Assembly (NCBI GenBank): GCA_018897295.1
Contig: JAHILA010000014.1
Span: forward strand, 67,891 to 131,890
Length of the DNA: 64,000 nucleotides
Source: Patescibacteria group bacterium
GTDB taxonomy: Bacteria; Patescibacteriota; Minisyncoccia; RBG-13-40-8-A
Direction: 5' to 3'
The notes beneath the pieces were generated by a model. It did no database searches. It was not told the origin of the DNA and was given only the letters and a program-made list of their open reading frames with translations. The translations under genes were made by a program, and so were the position numbers. Each line of letters starts with the position of its first letter. The first letter of the stretch is position 1. Positions 1-9,947 of this stretch are shown in pieces.

Positions 1-103
1 CGCTCCTTTTCGGAGAAGTAAAAAGGGCGGCCAATCCTTTCTACAGATAAGTTAATGATAGCAAATTTACGTGGAATAGGCAAGAAATATAAAAAGTGCC
101 ATG

Positions 104-140
104 GGAAATAAAATAACGGCCCTGCAGCTGCGGGGCCGTT
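104..140 (-). terminator. Rho-independent terminator for the minus-strand gene ending at 159: hairpin ACGGCCC-TGCAGCTGC-GGGGCCGT followed on the minus strand by a U-tract
   Basis: Inverted repeat at 116-139 with an A/T run at 104-115 immediately downstream of the minus-strand stop codon. Confidence 0.55.
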
Positions 141-158
141 TAAAGAACATTGAGATTT

Positions 159-542
159 TTAGCCGGTCTTTTGGTGTTTTTTCACCCAGATTTTTCTGGC
201 GTACAAGATTCCAGCTATGGTCAGGACAATGGAAGGGATGAGGCCAATGGTTTTAAATAATCCCCCAACGAACATGAAATGTCCCAGCCAGAGCAAAACA
301 ACGAACGCGATAAGTGTTGGCCAAAAAAATGTAAACACAAGCATTGTTTTACTGATTGTAACTCCTATTATCGGGGAGTAAAGAATCTTTTCTGGTCCCT
401 GGAAAAACGATTGCACAATGCTGGTGGAACTTGTTGAATGGTCGGAGAGATATTGCTCGGTCCCGAGCCAGTACCCGATATTGGCGTAGATTGCCACCAG
501 AAATAAAACCAAAAGAACTTTTCCGATTTTTTTAATGTTCAT
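159..542 (-). CDS. small hydrophobic membrane protein of unknown function
   Basis: 127-aa ORF with several predicted TM segments; no recognisable motif. Confidence 0.45.
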   Translation of the reverse strand: MNIKKIGKVLLVLFLVAIYANIGYWLGTEQYLSDHSTSSTSIVQSFFQGPEKILYSPIIGVTISKTMLVFTFFWPTLIAFVVLLWLGHFMFVGGLFKTIGLIPSIVLTIAGILYARKIWVKKHQKTG

Positions 543-651
543 TTTTAGCGCCTCCTAAACGCTGTTATCATTATATCATAACCGCAGATTTTGTCAACAG
601 TAGGCGCAAAATTCTTTACAAATTATTTTTTTTACTTTACAATAAAATTTT

Positions 652-2001
652 ATGGCTTTTATAGAAAGACAACAAACAGTTGAAAAAGGAAATTTCGTCA
701 GCAAGCAAAAAAGTAAAATCCGGCTGATTGTGCTGGGGATTTTTATTTTATTTATTTTGGCCGGCTCTTTGGATTATCCAGTAATCTGGGATAAAACTGC
801 TAATTGGATAAGTTCACACATCGGAATTAATGTTCCTAAGTTTTATAAGTTGCCATTCAGATTGGGGTTGGATTTACAAGGCGGGACGCATTTAGTTTAT
901 GAAGCAAATCTTATTGGAATAGAAGAAATAGACAGGGATTCATCTATGGACGGAATTAGGGATTTAATTGAAAGAAGGGTAAATCTATTCGGCGTTGCCG
1001 AGCCATTGGTTCAGATTAATAAAGTAGGGGACTCCAATCGTCTGATTGTAGAACTGCCCGGAGTTAGGGATGTTGCTGAGGCAATTGAAATGATTGGTGG
1101 AACTCCGTATTTGGAATTTAAAGAAGAAAACATAGATGGAACAGATTTTATAAACACTTCTTTGACCGGCAGATTTTTGAAAAGCGCGCAATTAGAATTT
1201 GACCAGACCACTTATCAGCCATATGTCACTTTGGAGTTTAATGACGAAGGTGCGAAAATTTTTGCTGATTTGACCAAGAAAAACATAGGAAAGAGATTGG
1301 CTATTTATCTAGACGGAGCGCCAATCAGTATTCCGGTTGTGAATGAAGAAATTCCGAGTGGCAAGGCCCAGATTAGCGGACAATTTACCCAGAAAGAAGC
1401 TAAGCAGTTGGCTGAGAGATTAAATACCGGGGCTTTGCCAGTGCCGATTAATTTAATCGGTCAGCAGAGCATCGGAGCTTCTTTAGGACACGACTCCTTA
1501 ACTAAGAGTTTGAAAGCGGGAATAATCGGATTTTTGGCAATACTTTTATTTATGATTATTTCTTATCGCTTAAGCGGATTTTTCGCTTCCATTTCTCTAA
1601 TAATTTATATTGTATTGCTTTTGGCTGTTTTTAAATTAGTGCCAGTGACTATTACTTTAGCTGGCATTGCCGGTTTTTTGCTTTCAATGGGCATGGCCGT
1701 TGATGCCAATATTTTGATATTTTCCAGAACCAAGGAAGAATTAAAGAGTGGAAGGAATTATCTTGATGCTTTAACCAATGGCGTTAAGAGAGCATGGCCG
1801 TCAATTAGGGACGGAAATTTCACCACTATCTTGGTTGGTTTGATTTTATTTATTTTCGGCACTAGTTTTGTTAAAGGATTCGCCCTTACTCTGGTTGTCG
1901 GTAATCTGGTGAACATGTTTTCAGCAATCGTAATCACTAATTATTTGATTAAGTTTTTCTTCGGCACAAATGGAGAGAAAATTAAAAAGCTTTGGCTATA
2001 A
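652..2001 (+). CDS. secD: protein translocase subunit SecD
   Basis: LGLDLQGGTHLVYEA SecD signature and C-terminal multi-TM domain; overlaps secF by 10 nt. Confidence 0.9.
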   Translation: MAFIERQQTVEKGNFVSKQKSKIRLIVLGIFILFILAGSLDYPVIWDKTANWISSHIGINVPKFYKLPFRLGLDLQGGTHLVYEANLIGIEEIDRDSSMDGIRDLIERRVNLFGVAEPLVQINKVGDSNRLIVELPGVRDVAEAIEMIGGTPYLEFKEENIDGTDFINTSLTGRFLKSAQLEFDQTTYQPYVTLEFNDEGAKIFADLTKKNIGKRLAIYLDGAPISIPVVNEEIPSGKAQISGQFTQKEAKQLAERLNTGALPVPINLIGQQSIGASLGHDSLTKSLKAGIIGFLAILLFMIISYRLSGFFASISLIIYIVLLLAVFKLVPVTITLAGIAGFLLSMGMAVDANILIFSRTKEELKSGRNYLDALTNGVKRAWPSIRDGNFTTILVGLILFIFGTSFVKGFALTLVVGNLVNMFSAIVITNYLIKFFFGTNGEKIKKLWL

Positions 2002-2894
2002 ATATGAATTTTCCTTTTGTAAAATATTATAAAATACATTACTTCTTGATTAGTATTCTCATTATTGCCAGCATAGTTTGCCTGCTTGTTTTTGGATTGA
2101 ATCTCGGAATTGATTTCCTGGGCGGAACAATTTGGGAATTTGAGCTTGAAAATAGGCCAGATAATGCCGTTATCCAGGAAAAACTGAATAAATTCGATTT
2201 AGGCGAAATTGTTATTCAGCCAACAGGAGAAAAGGGTACAATTTTGAGATTTAAAAACATTGATGAAAATATCCATCAGCAAATGCTGTCCAGTTTAAAC
2301 GAAATTTCAAAAGTTGAGGAGAGGAGATTTGAGAGTATTGGCCCGACAATAGGCAGAGAATTACGCAATAAAACAATTGCCTTGATAATTATTTCCATGA
2401 TTTCATTGCTTATTTATATTGCTGTCGCGTTCAGAAAGCTTTCTTGGCCAATCAGCGGCTGGAAATACGGACTGGTTTCTATTATTACTCTGGCAATCGA
2501 TGTTATCATTCCGGTTTTTGTTTTGATTTTGCTCGGTAAATTCAATAATGTTCAGTTTAATATACCAATTGTAGCTGCTTTGCTTACTATTTTAGGTTAT
2601 ACCATTAATGACAAGGTAATTATTTTTGACAGGGTAAGGGAAAACATCTTAAGAACAAGGTCAGAAGATTTTGCTGGGACAATAAATCAAAGCTTGAACC
2701 AGGTAATCAGCCGTTCGCTTAGTACTGGTTTTTGCACGCTTTTGATTCTTTTTTCTATATTCTTTTTAGGAGGCGAAACTTTGAAATATTTTTCCTTAAC
2801 ACTGATAATCGGAATTATTGTAGGGACGTATACTTCGCTTTTTATTGCCAGCGCTTTATTGATAAGTTGGAGTAGAAAAAGAATTGGTTCTTGA
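1992..2894 (+). CDS. secF: protein translocase subunit SecF
   Basis: GIDFLGGT motif and 6-TM SecDF-type C-terminal domain; coupled to secD. Confidence 0.9.
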   Translation: MAINMNFPFVKYYKIHYFLISILIIASIVCLLVFGLNLGIDFLGGTIWEFELENRPDNAVIQEKLNKFDLGEIVIQPTGEKGTILRFKNIDENIHQQMLSSLNEISKVEERRFESIGPTIGRELRNKTIALIIISMISLLIYIAVAFRKLSWPISGWKYGLVSIITLAIDVIIPVFVLILLGKFNNVQFNIPIVAALLTILGYTINDKVIIFDRVRENILRTRSEDFAGTINQSLNQVISRSLSTGFCTLLILFSIFFLGGETLKYFSLTLIIGIIVGTYTSLFIASALLISWSRKRIGS

Positions 2895-2939
2895 CAGACA
2901 ATTTTTATTATAGTATATTAATTCTATAAAAATAAACAT

Positions 2940-3980
2940 ATGAACAAGAAATCAACCATTTCTAAAGACATTTCTAAAAAAATAGAGAAAGCGCTTTTGC
3001 ATTTGAGCAATCCGAGAGTCAGGGAGGTTATTGAGCGCCGATTTGGTTTAAGAAATGGCAAAAGCGAAACTCTGGAAGCTATTGGCCAAAACTATGGCAT
3101 AACCAGAGAAAGGGTCAGGCAATTAGAAGAAAATGGGATAAAAATTCTTAAATCAGAAAAAGTTCTGCCGTTTTTTGAGGCAGCTTTCGATTATTTGAAT
3201 GATTTGTTTTTCGCGCATGGCCATATTATGGGAGAGAATTATTTGTATCATACTGCAACTGGAACAACCGAACCCCATGCTTCAAAGGGCTATATTTATT
3301 TGGCCTTGACCTTAGGCGAGCCGTTCCAGAGAATAGCCAGAGATGAAAAATTCCATCCTTACTGGGTTGCCCATAAATCTGCTCATCAGAAAGCCAAAGA
3401 AATTATTGATTTTTTGATTGACCATTTTAAGAAGCACGATAAAGTTTTTCATGAATCAGAAGTTTTTGATTTGCTTTCCAGAAAGCATTCCAATATTCCT
3501 TCAAAAATGTTTTCCGTTGTTTTGGAAATCTCTAGAGAAATTAATAAGAATATTTTCGAAGAAATCGGCTTAAGTTATTGGCCGGAGATTTCTCCGCAGG
3601 GAGTAAAAGACCGTGCCTATTTAACCCTTAAAAAAGAAGGCGAACCTCGCCATTTTACTGCTATCACTGAGTTGATAAATAAAATATTCGTAGATAAGCC
3701 GGCTTATACCCAGACTGTTCATAATGAATTAATAAAAGACCCAAGATTTATTTTAGTGGGAAGAGGAACCTATGCCCTTACTGATTGGGGCTATGAATCA
3801 GGAACAGTGGAGGAAGTGATCCAGAAAACTTTGGCTGAAAACAAAAAACCGTTAACCAGGAAAGAAATTATTGATTCTGTTCTGACAAAACGGCAGGTTA
3901 GACCAAATACAATCATTTTGAACCTTCACCGGTCTCCAAAAGTGAAGAGATTGGAGGATGGAAAGTATATTTTAGCTTAA
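2940..3980 (+). CDS. sigma-70 region-4-like HTH domain protein with a C-terminal domain of unknown function
   Basis: N-terminal RVREVIERRFGL...GITRERVRQLEENGIKIL matches the sigma-70 region 4 helix-turn-helix; the rest is unrecognised. Confidence 0.5.
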   Translation: MNKKSTISKDISKKIEKALLHLSNPRVREVIERRFGLRNGKSETLEAIGQNYGITRERVRQLEENGIKILKSEKVLPFFEAAFDYLNDLFFAHGHIMGENYLYHTATGTTEPHASKGYIYLALTLGEPFQRIARDEKFHPYWVAHKSAHQKAKEIIDFLIDHFKKHDKVFHESEVFDLLSRKHSNIPSKMFSVVLEISREINKNIFEEIGLSYWPEISPQGVKDRAYLTLKKEGEPRHFTAITELINKIFVDKPAYTQTVHNELIKDPRFILVGRGTYALTDWGYESGTVEEVIQKTLAENKKPLTRKEIIDSVLTKRQVRPNTIILNLHRSPKVKRLEDGKYILA

Positions 3981-4012
3981 AATGGTCTTAAAACAAGCAA
4001 TTTAACTATTTC

Positions 4013-5299
4013 ATGACTGAAATCCTTAATATTTATAGGGATATATTTGTGAGTTATTGGTGGATTATCGCACCAATAGCTCTTTTTTTATTTTTAAGGC
4101 ATTTCTGGGTGAATTATCTTATTGTTAAATATGTACGGGGTTTGGAATGGATTGTTTTGGAAGTAAAATTTCCACGCGACGTGATTAAGACGCCAAAGGC
4201 AATGGAACAATTTTTTGCCGGTATCCATGCTTCCGAAAAGGCAAGAAAGTTCAAGGAGAAATATATAAAAGGCGACCTTCCTCCATGGTTTAGTATTGAG
4301 ATGCTTGGGCATGGCGGGGAAATTCATTTTTATATCAGGACCGAAGTGAAATACAGGAATCTTGTTGAATCTCATCTCTATGCCCAATATCCCCAAGCAG
4401 AAATAATAGATGCAGAGGATTATGTAGATAGTATCCCGCCTGGCACTCCGACCGCGGATTTTGATGCCTGGGGCACAGAATTAATTTTAGCCAAGGAGGA
4501 TGCTTATCCTATTAGGACTTATCCGGTGTTTTTTGAGGAAAAAGAAGCAGAAGAAAGAACTGACCCCATTGCCGGACTTTTTGAATTTTTAAGCAGTTTG
4601 AATCCGAAAGAAAGTATTGCCATTCATATCTTAATCAGCCCAATCAGCCCAGTTACTGACAAACAATGGATAAAAGACGGGGAAAATCTAGTTGGAAAAA
4701 TAATTGGCAGAGAAGTAAAAGAAAGCAAGAAAGGATTAATGATAGTAGAAGAAGCTAGAAGCTGGCTTGAAGCGTTAGGTCAGGGTATTGTAAGATTTTT
4801 CGGTTTGGGTGGCGAGGAAAGCGCTGTTGGCAAAGAAAAGAAAGTCGAAAAAGTTATGCCGTTTTTAACCCCAGGCCAGAAAGAAGTTGTTTTGGCAGTT
4901 GAAAGGAATATTGGGAAAATAGGATTTAAGACAATGATAAGATTTATGTATTGGGCGCCTAAAGATCTTTTTTCCAAAGACAAGCCAACAGTAGTAGCTG
5001 GATTTTTCAGACAATTTAATACCCAAAATCTAAATGGTTTTAAAATTAATAAAAAATCCACTCCTGGCAGGGGGAAAATCTTCAAAAGAAAAAGAGAGCC
5101 GGGACAGAGAAGATTTTTTGTGGGTATTTTCAAGAAAAGATTTTTTCCGTTTCATAAACTTAAGACCAGAGGATTTGTTTTTAATATTGAGGAACTGGCA
5201 ACAATTTTTCATCTTCCTGGAAAGTTTGTTGAAGCTGAAAGATTGTCTAAGATTGAAGCTAAAAAAGGCGGACCGCCTAGCGAGCTTCCAACAATATGA
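4013..5299 (+). CDS. membrane-anchored domain protein, homologous to the N-terminal ~400 aa of the fused ATPase at 12137-14593 (split-gene version)
   Basis: N-terminal TM then a soluble domain; FSIEMLGHGGEIHFYIRTEVKYRN and ELATIFHLPG align with IVLEMAVPFSGTEISFYLAAPRKYET and EVASIFHFPL of the 818-aa paralog; 4-bp overlap with the next gene. Confidence 0.6.
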   Translation: MTEILNIYRDIFVSYWWIIAPIALFLFLRHFWVNYLIVKYVRGLEWIVLEVKFPRDVIKTPKAMEQFFAGIHASEKARKFKEKYIKGDLPPWFSIEMLGHGGEIHFYIRTEVKYRNLVESHLYAQYPQAEIIDAEDYVDSIPPGTPTADFDAWGTELILAKEDAYPIRTYPVFFEEKEAEERTDPIAGLFEFLSSLNPKESIAIHILISPISPVTDKQWIKDGENLVGKIIGREVKESKKGLMIVEEARSWLEALGQGIVRFFGLGGEESAVGKEKKVEKVMPFLTPGQKEVVLAVERNIGKIGFKTMIRFMYWAPKDLFSKDKPTVVAGFFRQFNTQNLNGFKINKKSTPGRGKIFKRKREPGQRRFFVGIFKKRFFPFHKLKTRGFVFNIEELATIFHLPGKFVEAERLSKIEAKKGGPPSELPTI

Positions 5300-6834
5300 A
5301 CGAAAATGAGATAACAATTTTAGGCGAGACCAATTTTCGCAACAAGCGGACCAAATTTGGAATAAAGATGGAAGACAGACGCCAGCACGTATATGTAGTT
5401 GGAAAAACTGGCACAGGCAAATCAGAACTTCTGAAAAATATGGCAATTCAAGATATCCAAAATGGGCATGGCGTGGCAATTGTTGATCCGCATGGAGATT
5501 TTGCTGAAACAATGCTTGATTTTGTTCCGTCTAACAGGGTAAATGACGTAATTTATTTCAATCCAGCTGATTTAGAATATCCTATTACTTTTAATATTAT
5601 GGAGAATGTTGAGCCAGAATATCGCCATTTGGTTGTTTCTGGTTTAATGGGGGTATTTAAGAAAATCTGGCCTGATGTTTGGAGCGCAAGGATGGAATAT
5701 ATTTTAAGAAATGCGATTTTATCATTACTGGAATATCCCGGCTCAACTCTTTTGGGTGTTAATCGTCTTTTAGCTGACAAGGATTATCGCCAGAAAGTGC
5801 TTGGAAAAGTTACTGATCCCAGCGTAAAAGCGTTTTGGACAAATGAATTTGCCAAGTATCCTGACCGATTCAGGGAAGAAGCAGTAGCGCCGATTCAAAA
5901 CAAAATAGGACAGTTTATTTCTACCCCCTTAATTAGAAATATTATTGGACAGGTTAAATCGTCAATTGACATGCGCGAAATAATGGACCAAGGGAAAATT
6001 TTAATTGTTAATCTTTCAAAAGGAAGAGTAGGTGAGGATGTCAGTCAATTATTGGGAGCCCTGGTAATAACTAAGTTGCAGCTTGCAGCTATGAGCAGGG
6101 TAGATATATCTGAATACGAAAGAAAGGATTTTTATCTTTATGTTGATGAGTTTCAGACATTTGCCACAGATGCTTTTGCAACCATTCTTTCTGAAGCGAG
6201 AAAATACCATCTCTGTCTGACTTTGGCCCATCAATATGTTGCCCAATTGGACTCCATGGGAGACAAAGGCAAGAATACTAAAGTAAGAGATGCGATTTTC
6301 GGTAATGTCGGAACCCTGATTACTTTTCGTGTTGGCGCAGATGATGCCGAGTTTTTGGAAAGGGAATTTCTGCCAGTGTTTATTGCCGATGATTTAGTTA
6401 ATCTGACCAAATATACTATTTATTTAAAACTAATGATTGACGGCGTTGCTTCTCGGGCTTTCAGCGCTCAGACCATACCTCCGTTTCTAATTCCTGAAAA
6501 ATCTTTTGAGGATAAAATTATCAAGCTCTCCCGCGAAAGATATACTATATCGCGAAAAGCAGTAGAGGAGAAAATTTCCAGATGGAGTGAGGCAACTGAA
6601 ACAGAAGAAGAAGCGAAAAAATTTGAGGCAGTTTGTTCTGATTGTGGTAAAAAGACCAAAGTTGCTTTCAAGCCGGACGGGGTAAGGCCGGTCTATTGTT
6701 CATCCTGTTTACAAAAAGAAAGAGAGAAAAAACCAAATGTTCAGCTAATTAAAAAGCAAAAACCGGAAATTGATCTTGCTGGCGTCCGCGAAGCAATCAA
6801 AAAAGCAGTAGAGTATAAAAAAGAGGAAAAATAA
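5296..6834 (+). CDS. VirD4/TraG/TraD-like (AAA_10/DUF87-type) P-loop ATPase with C-terminal CxxC-x17-CxxC zinc ribbon
   Basis: Walker A GKTGTGKS, Walker B DFYLYVDEFQ, VDPHGDF and AHQ motifs as in T4SS coupling/VirB4-like ATPases; C-terminal CSDCGKK...CSSC. Confidence 0.65.
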   Translation: MNENEITILGETNFRNKRTKFGIKMEDRRQHVYVVGKTGTGKSELLKNMAIQDIQNGHGVAIVDPHGDFAETMLDFVPSNRVNDVIYFNPADLEYPITFNIMENVEPEYRHLVVSGLMGVFKKIWPDVWSARMEYILRNAILSLLEYPGSTLLGVNRLLADKDYRQKVLGKVTDPSVKAFWTNEFAKYPDRFREEAVAPIQNKIGQFISTPLIRNIIGQVKSSIDMREIMDQGKILIVNLSKGRVGEDVSQLLGALVITKLQLAAMSRVDISEYERKDFYLYVDEFQTFATDAFATILSEARKYHLCLTLAHQYVAQLDSMGDKGKNTKVRDAIFGNVGTLITFRVGADDAEFLEREFLPVFIADDLVNLTKYTIYLKLMIDGVASRAFSAQTIPPFLIPEKSFEDKIIKLSRERYTISRKAVEEKISRWSEATETEEEAKKFEAVCSDCGKKTKVAFKPDGVRPVYCSSCLQKEREKKPNVQLIKKQKPEIDLAGVREAIKKAVEYKKEEK

Positions 6835-6835
6835 T

Positions 6836-8143
6836 ATGGATAATTTGGAAGAAATAAAGAAAATTAGAATACAAAAACTGGAAAATTTGGAAAAAGCTGG
6901 AATTAATGCGTATCCGGCCGAAGTTTTGCGTACGCATACGAACAAGGAGGCGATAGATGAATTTGAAAAACTGGCAAACAAAAAAATAACCCTGGTTGGC
7001 AGGGTGCGTTCAATTAGGGAGCATGGTGGTTCGACTTTTTGCCATATTGAAGATGGTTCTGCACAGATTCAAGTTTATTTTAAAAAAGATGAAGTCAACG
7101 AAAAGCAATATAAGTTATTTTTGGAAAACACGGATATCGGCGATTTCATCCAGGTTTCTGGTAAATTGTTTTTAACAAAGAAAGGTGAGAAAACCTTATT
7201 AGTTTCATGTTGGAAAATTTTAACCAAATCATTATTGCCATTGCCGAGCGAATGGTATGGATTAGAAGATGTTGAAGAAAGATTCAGAAAAAGATATTTG
7301 GATTTGATGATGAATAGGGAAGTTAAAGATAAATTCATAAAGCGCTCGGAGATTATCAGAAAAATCAGGGAGTTTTTGAATGAAAACGGATTTTTGGAAG
7401 TTGAAACTCCCATGCTGCAAACAATGGCTGGTGGAGCAAAGGCCAGGCCGTTCGAAACGCATCTTAATGCCCTGGATATGGATTTGTATTTAAGGATTGC
7501 GCCGGAATTATATTTAAAAAGATTATTAGTCGGCGGATTTGAAAAGGTTTATGAGTTGGGCAGAAATTTCAGAAATGAAGGCATGGACAGGGAGCATAAT
7601 CCGGAATTCACTATGTTGGAATTTTATGCAGCTTATTGGGATTACAATAAAATGATGGATTTTACGGAAAAATTATTGGGTTCATTAGATAAGAAGATTT
7701 TCGGAAAAAGGTTTAAAAAAGTGGAATACAGCAAAGCTGTCGGAAATAAGGATGAAAAAGAGGTTTTTGCAAAAATTAAAGAACCGTGTTTTATCATTAA
7801 TCATCCCATAGAAATTTCGCCTTTGGCGAAAAAACTGGACTTTAAAAAAGCCGCGCGCTTCCAATTAATTGTTAATGGATTGGAAATTGCCAATGGATTT
7901 TCCGAATTAAATGACCCATTTGACCAAACAGAGAGATTTAAAGCGCAGGAAATAGAGAGAAGAGAAGGCAGTTTGGAAGCGCACCAGTATGATAAGGATT
8001 TTATTGAAGCATTGGAATACGGTATGCCGCCAGCCGCAGGAATTGGCATTGGCATAGACCGCTTGGCAGTCTTATTAACTAATTCAAAAACAGTGCGGGA
8101 AATAATTTTATTCCCGACAATGAAGCCGAAAAATGAACAATAA
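6836..8143 (+). CDS. lysS: lysyl-tRNA synthetase (class II)
   Basis: NPEFTMLEFYAAYWDY and GMPPAAGIGIGIDRL class II LysRS motifs; N-terminal OB-fold region. Confidence 0.9.
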   Translation: MDNLEEIKKIRIQKLENLEKAGINAYPAEVLRTHTNKEAIDEFEKLANKKITLVGRVRSIREHGGSTFCHIEDGSAQIQVYFKKDEVNEKQYKLFLENTDIGDFIQVSGKLFLTKKGEKTLLVSCWKILTKSLLPLPSEWYGLEDVEERFRKRYLDLMMNREVKDKFIKRSEIIRKIREFLNENGFLEVETPMLQTMAGGAKARPFETHLNALDMDLYLRIAPELYLKRLLVGGFEKVYELGRNFRNEGMDREHNPEFTMLEFYAAYWDYNKMMDFTEKLLGSLDKKIFGKRFKKVEYSKAVGNKDEKEVFAKIKEPCFIINHPIEISPLAKKLDFKKAARFQLIVNGLEIANGFSELNDPFDQTERFKAQEIERREGSLEAHQYDKDFIEALEYGMPPAAGIGIGIDRLAVLLTNSKTVREIILFPTMKPKNEQ

Positions 8144-8151
8144 ATAAAATT

Positions 8152-9381
8152 ATGATTGATGTTAAATTATTACGAGAAAATCCGGAAAAAGTGAGAAAGG
8201 CCTGCGTAAACAAAGGCGCTAAAATTGATATTGATAAAGTTCTGGAATTAGACAAAAAGAAAAGGGAATTAATTCAGGAAATTGAAAAACTGACAGCTGA
8301 GCAGAGAAAAATGGGTAAAGATCAAATAGGAGAGGCGAAAGAACTAAAAAATAAAATCAAGGAGCTGGAACCAGAATTGAAAAAAGTAGAGCTAAATTTC
8401 AATATATTATTTTCACAAATCCCGAATCTGTCATTAGATGATGTGCCAATTGGAAAAGATGAATCGGAAAATAAAATTATTGGAGAAGTAGGTAAAAAGC
8501 CAAAATTTGGTTTTCAACCTAAAGATTATTTAGAAATCGCAGAGAAATTGGATATTATTGATGTAAAACGAGCAGCCAAAGTTTCGGGTTCGCGCTTTGG
8601 TTATCTGAAGGGCGGGGCAGCACTCTTGGAATTCGGATTAGTTGGTTTGGCCTTAAAAGTTCTTAAAAGGGAAGGATTTATTCCAGTTATCCCGCCAGTA
8701 ATGATAAAGCCGGAAATGGCCAAAGGTATGGGTTATATAGAGCAAACGAATAGTGAGGAAGCATATTATATCAATAGCGACAATCTATATCTTGTAGGCA
8801 CATCAGAACAATCATTGGGCGCAATGCACGCGGACGAAGTTTTTAATGAAAATGAATTGCCAAAAAGATATGTTGGTTTTTCAACCTGTTTTAGAAGAGA
8901 AGCAGGTTCTTATGGCAAGGATACAAAAGGGATTTTAAGAGTTCATCAATTTGATAAGGTTGAAATGTTTAGTTTTTGCAAGTCAGAGGATTCAATAAAA
9001 GAACACAAATTTCTGTTGTCTTTGGAGGAAAAACTGATGAACCTTTTAAAAATACCTTACCGTGTTGTGCAAATGTGCACAGGAGATTTAGGCCATCCAG
9101 CTGTAGCTAAATATGACATCGAGGCATGGATGCCTGGCCAGAATAAATACAGAGAAACGCATTCCACCTCAAATTGCACTGATTTTCAGGCGCGAAGATT
9201 AAACATTAAATATAAAACAAAAAACGGATTGGAATTTGCTCACACCTTAAATGGCACGGCTTTTGCAATCGGTAGAACATTAATTGCGATTATTGAAAAT
9301 TATCAGCAAAAAGACGGAAGCATTAAAATCCCAAAAGCTTTAAGAAAATATACCGGAATAAAATGTATCACTACAAAATAA
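8152..9381 (+). CDS. serS: seryl-tRNA synthetase
   Basis: MIDVKLLRENPEKV N-terminal coiled-coil arm and class II core motifs (FRRE, GSRFGYLKG). Confidence 0.9.
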   Translation: MIDVKLLRENPEKVRKACVNKGAKIDIDKVLELDKKKRELIQEIEKLTAEQRKMGKDQIGEAKELKNKIKELEPELKKVELNFNILFSQIPNLSLDDVPIGKDESENKIIGEVGKKPKFGFQPKDYLEIAEKLDIIDVKRAAKVSGSRFGYLKGGAALLEFGLVGLALKVLKREGFIPVIPPVMIKPEMAKGMGYIEQTNSEEAYYINSDNLYLVGTSEQSLGAMHADEVFNENELPKRYVGFSTCFRREAGSYGKDTKGILRVHQFDKVEMFSFCKSEDSIKEHKFLLSLEEKLMNLLKIPYRVVQMCTGDLGHPAVAKYDIEAWMPGQNKYRETHSTSNCTDFQARRLNIKYKTKNGLEFAHTLNGTAFAIGRTLIAIIENYQQKDGSIKIPKALRKYTGIKCITTK

Positions 9382-9947
9382 GAAAGAAAAAAAGAACAAA
9401 TAAAAGAGCGATAATCTGGATTATCTCTCTTTTTATATTAGCTGGATTGGCTTATATTTTATTTTTCTCATCTATCGGAGAGAATTTATTTAAAAAGAAG
9501 CCAGAAATAAGAGACGAGCAGGAAATAGGTATTATTTGTAAAGAGAATACTGGTAATTGTTTTTATTTTAACAAAGATGGAATTATTTTTAAGGATGCGT
9601 TGCTCACAAGCGGCAGTTTAATTTTACTGATAAAAGATTATTCCGAGAAGGATTATAGATTATGGGACAAGATTTTAGATAAGAGTTTTCTGGATATTTT
9701 ATTGCATGCGAAAGACGAATTATTCTCTAAGATGAGTTTAAGGGCTGCGAGTTTTGATATAGAATCATTTCCAATAGAAATATTGAGGGTTGTGACCAAT
9801 GAGAGTTGGTATATATTATTTAGCTTAAAAAGAGACATAAAAAGCCAGCTTTTGGCTTTAAAAGTGGCTTTAGATGAGAAAATCGAGAATAGGATGAGTC
9901 TGCAGTATATTGATTTGAGAATTGAAAACAGAATTTACTATAAGTAA
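9363..9947 (+). CDS. FtsQ/DivIB-like cell-division protein (POTRA-like), tentative
   Basis: Basic N-terminus, a single TM, and a C-terminal YIDLRIENRIYY resembling the FtsQ beta-domain terminus. Confidence 0.35.
   Translation: MYHYKIRKKKRTNKRAIIWIISLFILAGLAYILFFSSIGENLFKKKPEIRDEQEIGIICKENTGNCFYFNKDGIIFKDALLTSGSLILLIKDYSEKDYRLWDKILDKSFLDILLHAKDELFSKMSLRAASFDIESFPIEILRVVTNESWYILFSLKRDIKSQLLALKVALDEKIENRMSLQYIDLRIENRIYYK

Noticed and set aside
5267-5289. GGCGGACCGCC palindrome at the 3' end of the 4013 gene (encodes KKGGPPSELP)
   Set aside because: Possibly another element copy (GGPPS also appears in the dnaE insert), but it is a single 5-bp-arm palindrome; too short to call confidently.
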